Shown: positions 54,244 through 62,167, counted from the first letter of the stretch. The stretch is DNA of 64,000 nt from Candidatus Falkowbacteria bacterium RIFOXYA2_FULL_47_19 (GCA_001780275.1 MFGB01000020.1:168813-232812); one strand, 5' to 3'. Notes: generated from the sequence alone by a model not told the origin. Numbers and translations are program-made.

Positions 54244-54272
54244 ATTTTATAATAATTACCCAGTCCCGTCAA
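54244..54272 (-). promoter_or_regulatory. promoter TTGACG-17-TAAAAT (minus strand) for the lat-aor operon
   Basis: -35 at 54272-54267 and -10 at 54249-54244. GAGGATGG SD before the ATG at 54155. Confidence 0.55.
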
Positions 54273-54284
54273 GATAAAAGTCAA

Positions 54285-54576
54285 ACAAAAAACCCCGGAT
54301 ATAAGGGTTTTGGCAAAAAGAAAAGATTGAGAGTTTTTTTGTTTGATTGAAGTTTGTTGATTTGTGTTGTTTGGGGTTTTAGGGGGTTTGGTGTTGTTTG
54401 GGGGATTTTTATGGTTTTGGGTAATGTCGGTGTTTTTTGGGTTTTTGAGGGTTGGTTTTTTGTTGGGGAAATAAGTTAAAGTACGTGGGTACGGTTCCAG
54501 TCTCTTAAAAGCGCAGAACCGTACCCGCGGACCTATTGTCTATTTCCTTTTCAAACTTCAATCTACTCTCAATCTT
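54285..54576 (-). ncRNA. candidate novel ~290-nt C/A-rich structured RNA
   Basis: Has its own promoter (54583-54610) and terminator (54289-54311). Two perfect 12-bp helices pair 54565-54576 with 54323-54334 and 54552-54563 with 54345-54356. A 13-bp hairpin lies at 54485-54528. A ~110-nt tract (54357-54468) has a single G on this strand. No ORF exceeds ~20 codons. Confidence 0.55.
54289..54311 (-). terminator. intrinsic terminator (minus strand) of the candidate RNA
   Basis: On the minus strand: AAAACCC-ttatatccg-GGGUUUU followed by UUGUUUG. Confidence 0.55.
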
Positions 54577-54582
54577 ACTATT

Positions 54583-54610
54583 AATATACTCTTGTTATTT
54601 ATATTGTCAA
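54583..54610 (-). promoter_or_regulatory. promoter TTGACA-16-TATATT (minus strand)
   Basis: -35 at 54610-54605 and -10 at 54588-54583. The predicted TSS (~54576) coincides with the first base of the 5' helix arm. Confidence 0.6.
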
Positions 54611-54686
54611 GAGACTAATATTAAATAAAAAAATACGAAAAAAATAAAATAATAAAAATAAATAAAAGTTATCCACAGGCCTGACG

Positions 54687-55238
54687 TTAATTTTGTTCTT
54701 TTATGCATTCTTCTGCCTGTTCACTGATCCGGCCGCCTAACTTATTAAGATTAATTCCATTTTTTTGTAAATTATGCAGTTTTTCTTTTAAAGCCTGTCT
54801 TATTAATTCGCCCTGTTCCATAATATCTCCAATAGACTCGCTTTTTTCTACGACCATAGCGGCTATTTCTTCTGCCAGATAGCCGATATAATCCTCTATA
54901 AGATTATCGGCCGGAAATTCACCTTTTTTGCTGATATAACTTTCAATCGCCTGTTTTTTGGCTAATTTAAATACCCGCCATCTTAATTCTTCCTGATCTT
55001 TTATAGTTTCTTCGTCCAGGCCCGCCAAAGAGTTTTCCATCTTAATAAAAATATCTTTTATGCCCTGATGCAGGCGATTATCATTAAGATCCATGAATCT
55101 ATCTAAGAGATTATTATGAAAAAATTGTTTTTTCAATATAAGATTGGCCAATTCATCGGTAGCGTTGGCTATTGCCGCTTTTATTTTTTCTTCGTCGCTT
55201 ATCTCTAATTTTCTTTCTTCGAATTTATTTTTAACCAT
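54687..55238 (-). CDS. hypothetical all-alpha/coiled-coil protein (AT-rich gene)
   Basis: 183-aa ORF, Glu/Lys/Ile/Asn-rich, no recognisable motif. Confidence 0.55.
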   Translation of the reverse strand: MVKNKFEERKLEISDEEKIKAAIANATDELANLILKKQFFHNNLLDRFMDLNDNRLHQGIKDIFIKMENSLAGLDEETIKDQEELRWRVFKLAKKQAIESYISKKGEFPADNLIEDYIGYLAEEIAAMVVEKSESIGDIMEQGELIRQALKEKLHNLQKNGINLNKLGGRISEQAEECIKEQN

Positions 55239-55323
55239 AAATTTTGATTATTTAGCCTCTTTTATAGTATAGCAATTCTTTGCTATAATACAAATATGTT
55301 ATGATAGTTATATTGGAAAAATA

Positions 55324-55716
55324 ATGAAAACTGTTTATATTTTTGGCAATCCGCTTTTGTCTTTTGATAACCTTCCCTTAAAACTCATGCCCGATCTTGC
55401 TAAAAAATTTCCGGCTATAACATTTTTGTCCATTGACCCGAACGAGAATTTAAAATTTACAGACAAGAAACCGGTAATCATAGACACGATATTCGGCATT
55501 AAAAAAGTGGCTGTTTTGCATGATATCGATAGGATCATTACTGATAAAATCTACTCCGCCCACGATCTTGATCTGAGCTTTAACCTTAAACTTCTTGCTA
55601 AACTTGGCTATATCGAAAAAGTTACGATTTTGGGGGTGCCGCCGGGAATAAAAAAAGAAGAAGCGTTAATGCAGCTTTATCCTTTGATCGAAAGATCTTT
55701 TTCCGGTATCGAATAA
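55324..55716 (+). CDS. hydrogenase maturation endopeptidase-like protein (HycI/HyaD family)
   Basis: Collinear with HycI blocks: VYIFGNPLLSFDN (cf. VGNSMMGDDG), VIIDTIFG (cf. IVDA), SAHDLDL (cf. TTHNMPL), VTILGVPP (cf. IFLGIQP). The metal-ligand D/D/H positions are present. Confidence 0.55.
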   Translation: MKTVYIFGNPLLSFDNLPLKLMPDLAKKFPAITFLSIDPNENLKFTDKKPVIIDTIFGIKKVAVLHDIDRIITDKIYSAHDLDLSFNLKLLAKLGYIEKVTILGVPPGIKKEEALMQLYPLIERSFSGIE

Positions 55717-55729
55717 AGCGAGAATCTTT

Positions 55730-56536
55730 ATGAAGACCAAGCAAACCAAATTAATAGAATTTAAAAACCGCCAGGGCGAAATTCTGCGCGGCATATTGAC
55801 CTTTAACCGTTACAGCAACCCGCAACTGGTAGTTATGATGGCTGGTTTTGAAAGAACAGCAACCGGCGAAAAAAAATTTAAGGCCTTAGCCGACGCTTTG
55901 GTCGCCCAGGATATTCCGTCATTTCGTTTTGATCACACGGGCATTGGTTTGTCGGACGGTGATTTTTCTAAAATAAATACAGCCGGGTTAGGAGACGAGC
56001 TTGTCCGCGCCGTTCGGGCCGCAAAAAAGAAACTGAGCTTTGAGGGCGTGGCTTATTTCGCCCACAGCCTCCCGCCCTGTGTTATGGCGGATGAAAAAAA
56101 ACGAAATCTGTTTAAAAAAATAATATTCATGTCCCCGGCCCTGAATCAGAAGGAGCTTCTGCGTTACTGGTTCACGCAAAAAGCCATGAAAAAAGTCCGG
56201 CCGCAAACCAAAATAACCTGGAATAATTATAAAAAATACCTTAATGAAAATGATTTCTTGGAATATTGCCGCCAGAAGCAAAAAATAACCAAGGCGCATT
56301 ACGTCGGCAGCGAATATTTCCTGGAAAACAGCCGACAGGACTATTCCTCCCAGATCCCCGACTCGGAAAACATCCTCCACATCCATGGGGAAAAAGACGA
56401 GGTGGTGCCCATAAACAGCCTGAACGTAAAATTTAAGAACAGGATAATGGTGCCGGAGGGCGATCACGACCTGGAGAGTCCGGACCTGTTATCGCAATGG
56501 CTTGTTCCGGCGGTAAACTTTCTTAAGAACGATTAG
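55730..56536 (+). CDS. alpha/beta-hydrolase-fold protein
   Basis: Nucleophile-elbow-like YFAHSLPP (AxSxP rather than GxSxG), GEKDEVVP, GDHDL (His). Confidence 0.65.
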   Translation: MKTKQTKLIEFKNRQGEILRGILTFNRYSNPQLVVMMAGFERTATGEKKFKALADALVAQDIPSFRFDHTGIGLSDGDFSKINTAGLGDELVRAVRAAKKKLSFEGVAYFAHSLPPCVMADEKKRNLFKKIIFMSPALNQKELLRYWFTQKAMKKVRPQTKITWNNYKKYLNENDFLEYCRQKQKITKAHYVGSEYFLENSRQDYSSQIPDSENILHIHGEKDEVVPINSLNVKFKNRIMVPEGDHDLESPDLLSQWLVPAVNFLKND

Positions 56537-56590
56537 AATTTGATCCATAATTTTTTGCATCAAAGCTCTTTTAAAATCCAGGATCGACGG

Positions 56591-56611
56591 ACGACACCGG
56601 GTCGTTTTTTT
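56591..56611 (+). terminator. intrinsic terminator
   Basis: ACGAC-accgg-GTCGT followed by T7. Lies inside the track's 5' extension of the prs ORF. Confidence 0.65.
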
Positions 56612-56644
56612 ATATTTAAAACAAAAAATACGAGGAGGTGCAAA

Positions 56645-57721
56645 ATGCCCGGGGGAAAAGAATACGACGAATTAAAAGGTCAATTTAACGGCCTGCTGAC
56701 AATGGTAGATTCCTTAAAAAAAGAAGTAGAAGAATTAAAAAGCCGCCGGGGAGCCAACAACGGTTTTTCCGTATTTTTAGGAAATTCCAATAAGCCTTTG
56801 GGAAAAAAAATCTGCTCTTATCTTAAGAAGCAAATCAGCAACGCCAAGGTCACGACCTTCAGCGATAATGAAGTGCAAATTGAAATAAAAGAGAATGTCC
56901 GCCAAAAAGATGTTTATGTGATTCAATCGATCTGCTCTGATGACAATCGGTCGGTTAATGATTATTTGACGGAACTTTTGTTGATGATTTCTACTTTTAA
57001 ACGAGCGTCGGCCGGCCGGATCACGGCGGTTATTCCTTATTACGGCTACGCTCGTCAAGATAAAAAAGTGGCTCCGCGGGTGCCGATCAGCGCCAGAGAT
57101 ACCGCTGATCTTCTCCAGACGGCTGGTGCCGGCAAGATTATTACCATGGACCTGCACTCGCCCCAAATTCAAGGATTCTTCAATATTCCCGTGGATCATC
57201 TCTGGGCCCGTCCGGTTCTGGTAAATTATCTGGGCCGGAAATTTTCCGCTGAGATCGAACGGGGGGAATTAACCATAGTCGCGCCGGATGTCGGTCGGGC
57301 CTCGGTAGACGAAGCTTACGCCGAACGCTTGCGGGCCGGTCTCGCCATAATATACAAACGCCGTGAACAGCCAAACGAAGTTAAAACCATGAGGCTTTTA
57401 GGAAACGTACGCGATAAGATCGTCGTTATTCTTGACGATATGGTGGATACCGCCGGCACCATAACCGCCGCCGGTGAGCTCGTTATGAGCGAAGGGGCGA
57501 GAGAGGTATATGCCTGCGGCATACATCCCGTCCTGTCTGGTCCGGCCGTGAAAAGGATAGAAAAATCGGTTTTTAAAAGCGTGATCGTGACCGATACGGT
57601 CAATCTTAATAGCGACGCTCAAGCCTGCGACAAATTCGAAGTGGTTTCGATTGCCGAGACATTCGGCGAAGCTATTATCCGCTGTCATCGCGGCGATTCT
57701 GTCACCTCGCTGTTTTTATAA
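56645..57721 (+). CDS. prs: ribose-phosphate pyrophosphokinase with ~45-aa coiled-coil N-terminal extension
   Basis: GAGGAGGTG SD then the ATG at 56645. YGYARQDKK, the PRPP-binding loop ILDDMVDTAGT, and the flag region. Confidence 0.93.
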   Translation: MPGGKEYDELKGQFNGLLTMVDSLKKEVEELKSRRGANNGFSVFLGNSNKPLGKKICSYLKKQISNAKVTTFSDNEVQIEIKENVRQKDVYVIQSICSDDNRSVNDYLTELLLMISTFKRASAGRITAVIPYYGYARQDKKVAPRVPISARDTADLLQTAGAGKIITMDLHSPQIQGFFNIPVDHLWARPVLVNYLGRKFSAEIERGELTIVAPDVGRASVDEAYAERLRAGLAIIYKRREQPNEVKTMRLLGNVRDKIVVILDDMVDTAGTITAAGELVMSEGAREVYACGIHPVLSGPAVKRIEKSVFKSVIVTDTVNLNSDAQACDKFEVVSIAETFGEAIIRCHRGDSVTSLFL

Positions 57722-57734
57722 AAAATACAAACAA

Positions 57735-57761
57735 AAAGCGCCTTAAATAAAGGGCGCTTTT
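57735..57761 (+). terminator. intrinsic terminator
   Basis: AAAGCGCC-N10-GGCGCTTT stem followed by T. Confidence 0.7.
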
Positions 57762-57787
57762 AAATTACGCGCGTTGTCCCTCGCGTC

Positions 57788-57816
57788 TTGACAAAAAAGA
57801 AAAAATACGCCATAAT
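57788..57816 (+). promoter_or_regulatory. promoter TTGACA-17-CATAAT
   Basis: Consensus -35 with 17-nt spacer, ~70 nt upstream of the first HD gene. Confidence 0.65.
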
Positions 57817-57887
57817 TAAACATTGAATATAAATATTTTTTAAATTCAAAAAAAACAAATCAAAGCACCGAACAACAAGGAGGATCG

Positions 57888-58847
57888 ATGAACATTGACA
57901 ATTTAGTAAAATATAGCCTAGAGGCAAACCAGCTCCTGATTACGTACCGCAGCGGCTGGGATTTTATCGGCAAAGACCGGGCGGAAACCGTCGCTTACCA
58001 CTCCTTCTACACAGCCGTTTTGGCTCACTGGATTTCCCTTGAAGAAAGAAAGCAGTATCCCCATATTGACCCGCACAGAACGCTTCTGATACCTTTGTTT
58101 CACGACTTGCACGAAGTAAGAACAGGCGATCCCAACTCTGTTTACAAAACTTACTTTCCCCGGCACAAAGAGTCGGAGGCAAGAGCCTCTCGGGACCAGA
58201 TACGACGGACGGAACCCGACACCAAGGTAAAGCTCTTGCGCTACCATTTTGATTTTGAAAGCCATTCCACCCTGGCGGGAAAAATCGCCAAGGACGCGGA
58301 TTGGCTGCAAATGATTTTCATGGCCAAAAAATTCTTAGACGAAGATTTTCCCTTGGCGCAACGCTGGATAGACGGCACCAGAGAAAAACTTCGGACAAAA
58401 ACCGCCCAGGATATCGCCGCTAAAATCATAAATACCGATAACGTTGACCTTGAAACGATTTGGCCGCGTCTAAACGCTCATGAATGTTTTTTGACCGGCG
58501 TTCTGGCCTTTGTTTTGACCGATCCAAAAACCAACGACCCGGAAGAAAGCGCTTTTTGCGCCCTAATTCCGTTTATCAGGCTCGTGGCTGAAATTACCGC
58601 CCTTAGTATCGGTCTGAAGCCGCCGATCGATAACGATTACCATTTTTCGGAAACGGCGCTCATAACTGCCGCGAATGCTAACAACTTGCAATTCATCATC
58701 CGGGCGGCCAAAAAAGATAAGGATATTACCCTTACTCGCCGACAACTGGAGTACATAGCGTCACAGATAAAAACCGAACCGGCCCGGGAGCTGGCCGCCA
58801 GATTCATGTCCCCCGAAATAAAAAAAGTCGTCTGGTGGGAACAATAA
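57888..58847 (+). CDS. YfbR-type HD-domain phosphohydrolase (5'-deoxynucleotidase-like) with ~120-aa C-terminal extension; paralog 1, intact signature
   Basis: AAGGAGG SD. RSGW, ETVAYHS, LFHDLHEVRTGD (HDxxExxxGD) and KDADWLQ match the YfbR metal/catalytic motifs. Confidence 0.75.
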   Translation: MNIDNLVKYSLEANQLLITYRSGWDFIGKDRAETVAYHSFYTAVLAHWISLEERKQYPHIDPHRTLLIPLFHDLHEVRTGDPNSVYKTYFPRHKESEARASRDQIRRTEPDTKVKLLRYHFDFESHSTLAGKIAKDADWLQMIFMAKKFLDEDFPLAQRWIDGTREKLRTKTAQDIAAKIINTDNVDLETIWPRLNAHECFLTGVLAFVLTDPKTNDPEESAFCALIPFIRLVAEITALSIGLKPPIDNDYHFSETALITAANANNLQFIIRAAKKDKDITLTRRQLEYIASQIKTEPARELAARFMSPEIKKVVWWEQ

Positions 58848-58888
58848 AACCGGAAAAATAAAGCTTACCTAAAATCAGGAGGCAAAAA

Positions 58889-59767
58889 ATGAGCCTGGAC
58901 AATTTAGTGAAATATATTCTGGAAATGAACCAGCTTCTGATCACGCCGCGTACCGGATGGGATTTTATCGGCAAGGGGCAGGCGGAAACAGCCGCAGAGC
59001 ACTTGATCGAGACGGCGGTTTTCGCCGATATAATAGCCCGAAAAGAAAAAGAACAAAACGTTGCCATTAATCCAGATCGGGCCTTCGCTATCGGACTTTT
59101 CCACGACGCCCCCAAAGTAAGGACCGGGTACCCGAATCAACAATATTTTTCTAATCATAAAACAGCGGAAGAAGCGGCTTTTAACGATCAAATTCGTTAT
59201 TTGAATAATTATGCGCGACTGAAGCTGACGTTATACCGGAAACACTTCGAAGGCGGCGATAGCCCGGAGGGCGTGATCGCTAAAGACGCAGATCTACTGC
59301 AATGGATTTCGCGGGCCAAAGAATTCGCGGATAAAGGCTATCCTTTGGCTCATTATTGGATCGAGGAAGCCAGGAAAAAACTTCAAACCGAAACAGCCCG
59401 GAAGTCGGCGAAAAACATCATTAGCGGCGAAGATGATATTTATTCGCCCATAGACGCCCATGAAATTTTTTTGTCCTCTGTCCTGGCTTTTGTTCTGGCT
59501 TGTGAAAGCGATCGTTTTGATCCGGAGGCCGCCGCCAGATATATTTCGGATATCAACCGGGGCGGATTCAGGGATGAATTCATTGCTTTAACCAAAGACG
59601 CCCGCAATCTGCAATTTATCGTCCGGGCGGCAAAGAAAGACGCTCACCTGAATTTAAACGAACGGCAGATAAAATATATCGCCGCTCAGATAAAAACCGA
59701 ACCGGCCAGCGGTCTGGCCGCCAGATTCATGTCCCCGGACATACAAAACGTAGCTTGGTGGGGATAA
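58889..59767 (+). CDS. YfbR-type HD-domain paralog 2 with degraded catalytic signature
   Basis: CAGGAGG SD. RTGW, ETAAEHL, LFHDAPKVRTGY (E->K, D->Y), KDADLLQ. The C-terminal ~55 aa are nearly identical to paralog 1. Confidence 0.7.
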   Translation: MSLDNLVKYILEMNQLLITPRTGWDFIGKGQAETAAEHLIETAVFADIIARKEKEQNVAINPDRAFAIGLFHDAPKVRTGYPNQQYFSNHKTAEEAAFNDQIRYLNNYARLKLTLYRKHFEGGDSPEGVIAKDADLLQWISRAKEFADKGYPLAHYWIEEARKKLQTETARKSAKNIISGEDDIYSPIDAHEIFLSSVLAFVLACESDRFDPEAAARYISDINRGGFRDEFIALTKDARNLQFIVRAAKKDAHLNLNERQIKYIAAQIKTEPASGLAARFMSPDIQNVAWWG

Positions 59768-59793
59768 GAAAACTTTAACACAAAACTATATCG

Positions 59794-59817
59794 CCCGTGC
59801 CTGAACACGGGTTTTTT
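59794..59817 (+). terminator. intrinsic terminator
   Basis: CCCGTG-cctgaa-CACGGG followed by TTTTTT. Confidence 0.8.
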
Positions 59818-59941
59818 ATTACCTGAAAATTTTATTTTTTCGTTAAATTTCGTAAATATTCGTTGCTTTCGTATTTTGACTTATAAACATCCGGGCACTA
59901 ATCGAAAGAAAAACATGAAATCGCTGAAGACTTATCTTGTT

Positions 59942-59970
59942 TTGACAAACGGACGATTTTGGCTTACTAT
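59942..59970 (+). promoter_or_regulatory. promoter TTGACA-17-TACTAT
   Basis: Lies inside the track's 5' extension of the glyA ORF, which supports the ATG at 60014 as the real start. Confidence 0.6.
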
Positions 59971-60013
59971 AAATATAGCTTTTAAATTATTCAAAAACTT
60001 AAAACCTAAAAAA

Positions 60014-61267
60014 ATGGACTATAAAAATTTAAAACAGAACGACGAAACTGTTTACAAATTGATCCTAAAAGAACAAGGTCGGCAGGCCAGGGAGCTTGAA
60101 ATGATCGCTTCGGAGAATTATGTTTCCCCGGCGGTTATGGAGGCGATGGCCTCGCTCCTGACCAACAAATACAGCGAGGGTTATCCGGGAAAAAGATATT
60201 ACGGCGGCAATCAAGTAATAGACGATGTTGAGACTCTGGCCATAGAGCGGGCGAAAAGATTATTCGGCGCCGATCATGTGAACGTCCAGCCGCTTTCCGG
60301 CTCTCCGGCCAATGCCGCCGTCTATATGGCTTTTTTAAAGCCCGGCGATAAGGTTTTGGGCTTGAAGCTTGACCACGGCGGACATCTTTCGCACGGACAT
60401 CCGGTAAATTTTTCCGGCATGCTTTATAATTTCGTCCAATACGGAGTCGATTCGAAAACCGGCCGGATCGACATGGATGAAGTGGAAGAGATCGCCAAAA
60501 AAGAAAAGCCGAAAATGATCGTGGCGGGCTATAGCGCTTATTCGCGGGAAATAGAATGGGAAAGATTCAAGACGATCGCCGATAAGGTCGGCGCTTATAC
60601 TTTCGCCGATATCGCCCATACTGCGGGGTTGATCGCCGCCGGCGAAATGGACAGTCCGGTCGGGATCTTCGACATCATCACGACCACGACGCACAAAACG
60701 CTTAGGGGACCGCGGGGAGCGGTAATTATGTGCAAGGAAGAATATGCGGCCCAGGTAAATAAGGCGGTTTTTCCGGGGATGCAGGGCGGGCCGCACGATC
60801 ACATCACGGCCGCCAAAGCGGTCGCTTTCGGCGAGGCCCTGAAGCCGGAATTTAAGGTTTACGCGGCCCAGGTTATAAAAAACGCCAAAACTCTGGCGGC
60901 GGAATTCGCGGAAAAAGGCTATCGGGTAATATCCGGCGGTACGGATAATCATCTGATGGTGGTCGATATGACGAATAAGGGCCTATCGGGCAAGGAAGCG
61001 GAAGCTGTTCTTGATCGGATCGGTATTTCCGTTTCCCGTTCGACCGTTCCGAACGATCCCAATCCTCCCATGAATCCTTCCGGCGTCCGTTTCGGAACCC
61101 CGGCCCTGACCACCAGAGGGATGAAAGAAGAAGAGGTAAAGCGGATCGCCGGCTGGATCGAAGCCGCTATTGAGAATAGGGAGAATATCGAGGTATTAGA
61201 TTCTATAAAAAACGAGGTGGAAGAATTATGCGAAGCTTTTCCGGTTCCCGGAATCCATAATTCGTAA
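60014..61267 (+). CDS. glyA: serine hydroxymethyltransferase
   Basis: ELIASENYVS, YSEGYPGKRYYGG, TTTTHKTLRGPRG (PLP Lys). Confidence 0.97.
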   Translation: MDYKNLKQNDETVYKLILKEQGRQARELEMIASENYVSPAVMEAMASLLTNKYSEGYPGKRYYGGNQVIDDVETLAIERAKRLFGADHVNVQPLSGSPANAAVYMAFLKPGDKVLGLKLDHGGHLSHGHPVNFSGMLYNFVQYGVDSKTGRIDMDEVEEIAKKEKPKMIVAGYSAYSREIEWERFKTIADKVGAYTFADIAHTAGLIAAGEMDSPVGIFDIITTTTHKTLRGPRGAVIMCKEEYAAQVNKAVFPGMQGGPHDHITAAKAVAFGEALKPEFKVYAAQVIKNAKTLAAEFAEKGYRVISGGTDNHLMVVDMTNKGLSGKEAEAVLDRIGISVSRSTVPNDPNPPMNPSGVRFGTPALTTRGMKEEEVKRIAGWIEAAIENRENIEVLDSIKNEVEELCEAFPVPGIHNS

Positions 61268-61279
61268 CTTTTTATTAAG

Positions 61280-62167
61280 ATGACAAAAAAAAATAATTTA
61301 AAAAACATCATAGACGGCAAACTATTAGCCGATAAGATCAAGGATGATATTGTTAAAGAAATAGTGGGCATAAATTACGGCTTGGCGGAAGCGGCTTGGA
61401 ACAGGCCTAATCTGGCGATCATCCTGATCGGAGACCGGGAAGATTCTAAGCTATACGTTGAAATGAAAGAACGGGAAGCAAGGCGGGTGGGTATCGATAC
61501 TAATATTTACCGGTGTGAAGCCGATACCCCCGAAGAAGAGATATTTTCCATGATCGATTTTTTGAATAAAGATAAAACGATAGACGCAATATTGATCCAA
61601 CTCCCCCTGCCGGGCGGTTTTGATACTGACGGACTGATATTGGCGATAGACCCGGCTAAAGACGTTGACCGTTTTCATCCGGACAATCTTAAAATATTAT
61701 TCAGCACCTGCAGCCACGACCAGGTTATGCCGCCGGTATTGGCCTCGGTCCTCGAAATGCTTAAAAGCATCAGATATGATCTAGTGGGCAAGCAGGCTTG
61801 CGTTATCGCCAACTCCGATATCTTCGGCCTGTCTTTGGCCAAAGTCCTCGAGTGCCGGGGCGCAAAAACAATTATAACCAAAGCCGATGATAATCGTTTA
61901 AATAACAAAACCGGAAAGGCCGATATTTTAATCTCGGCAGTCGGCAAAAAAAACTTGATAACCGCGGATATGGTAAAGCCGGACGCGGTCGTGATCGATA
62001 TCGGGATCACGAAAGAGGGAAAAAAGATCTCAGGTGACGTCGATTTCGATAACGTCAAAAAAAACGCCGGCTATATCACGCCGGTGCCGGGCGGAGTCGG
62101 GCCGATGACGATCGCGATGTTATTCAAGAATACTTTGGAGTTATATAAGCGAAGGAAGAAGAGCTAA
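61280..62167 (+). CDS. folD: bifunctional methylenetetrahydrofolate dehydrogenase/cyclohydrolase
   Basis: SKLYVEMKEREA, ILIQLPLP, VDRFHP, PVPGGVGPMTIAML. Confidence 0.95.
   Translation: MTKKNNLKNIIDGKLLADKIKDDIVKEIVGINYGLAEAAWNRPNLAIILIGDREDSKLYVEMKEREARRVGIDTNIYRCEADTPEEEIFSMIDFLNKDKTIDAILIQLPLPGGFDTDGLILAIDPAKDVDRFHPDNLKILFSTCSHDQVMPPVLASVLEMLKSIRYDLVGKQACVIANSDIFGLSLAKVLECRGAKTIITKADDNRLNNKTGKADILISAVGKKNLITADMVKPDAVVIDIGITKEGKKISGDVDFDNVKKNAGYITPVPGGVGPMTIAMLFKNTLELYKRRKKS

Noticed and set aside
54357-54468. T4G4-like, telomere-repeat-looking G/T tract (GGGGTTTTAGGGGGTTTGG...)
   Set aside because: The resemblance to ciliate telomeric repeats is superficial: the units are irregular. The context is a bacterial intergenic region with a promoter and terminator. 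It is interpreted as part of the candidate C/A-rich RNA, although G4 potential remains possible.
56540-56644. 5' extension of the prs ORF in the track (start at 56540)
   Set aside because: The extension contains an intrinsic terminator (56591-56611). The strong SD sits in front of the ATG at 56645.
59876-60013. 5' extension of the glyA ORF in the track
   Set aside because: It contains the TTGACA-17-TACTAT promoter (59942-59970). The conserved SHMT N-terminus begins at the ATG at 60014.
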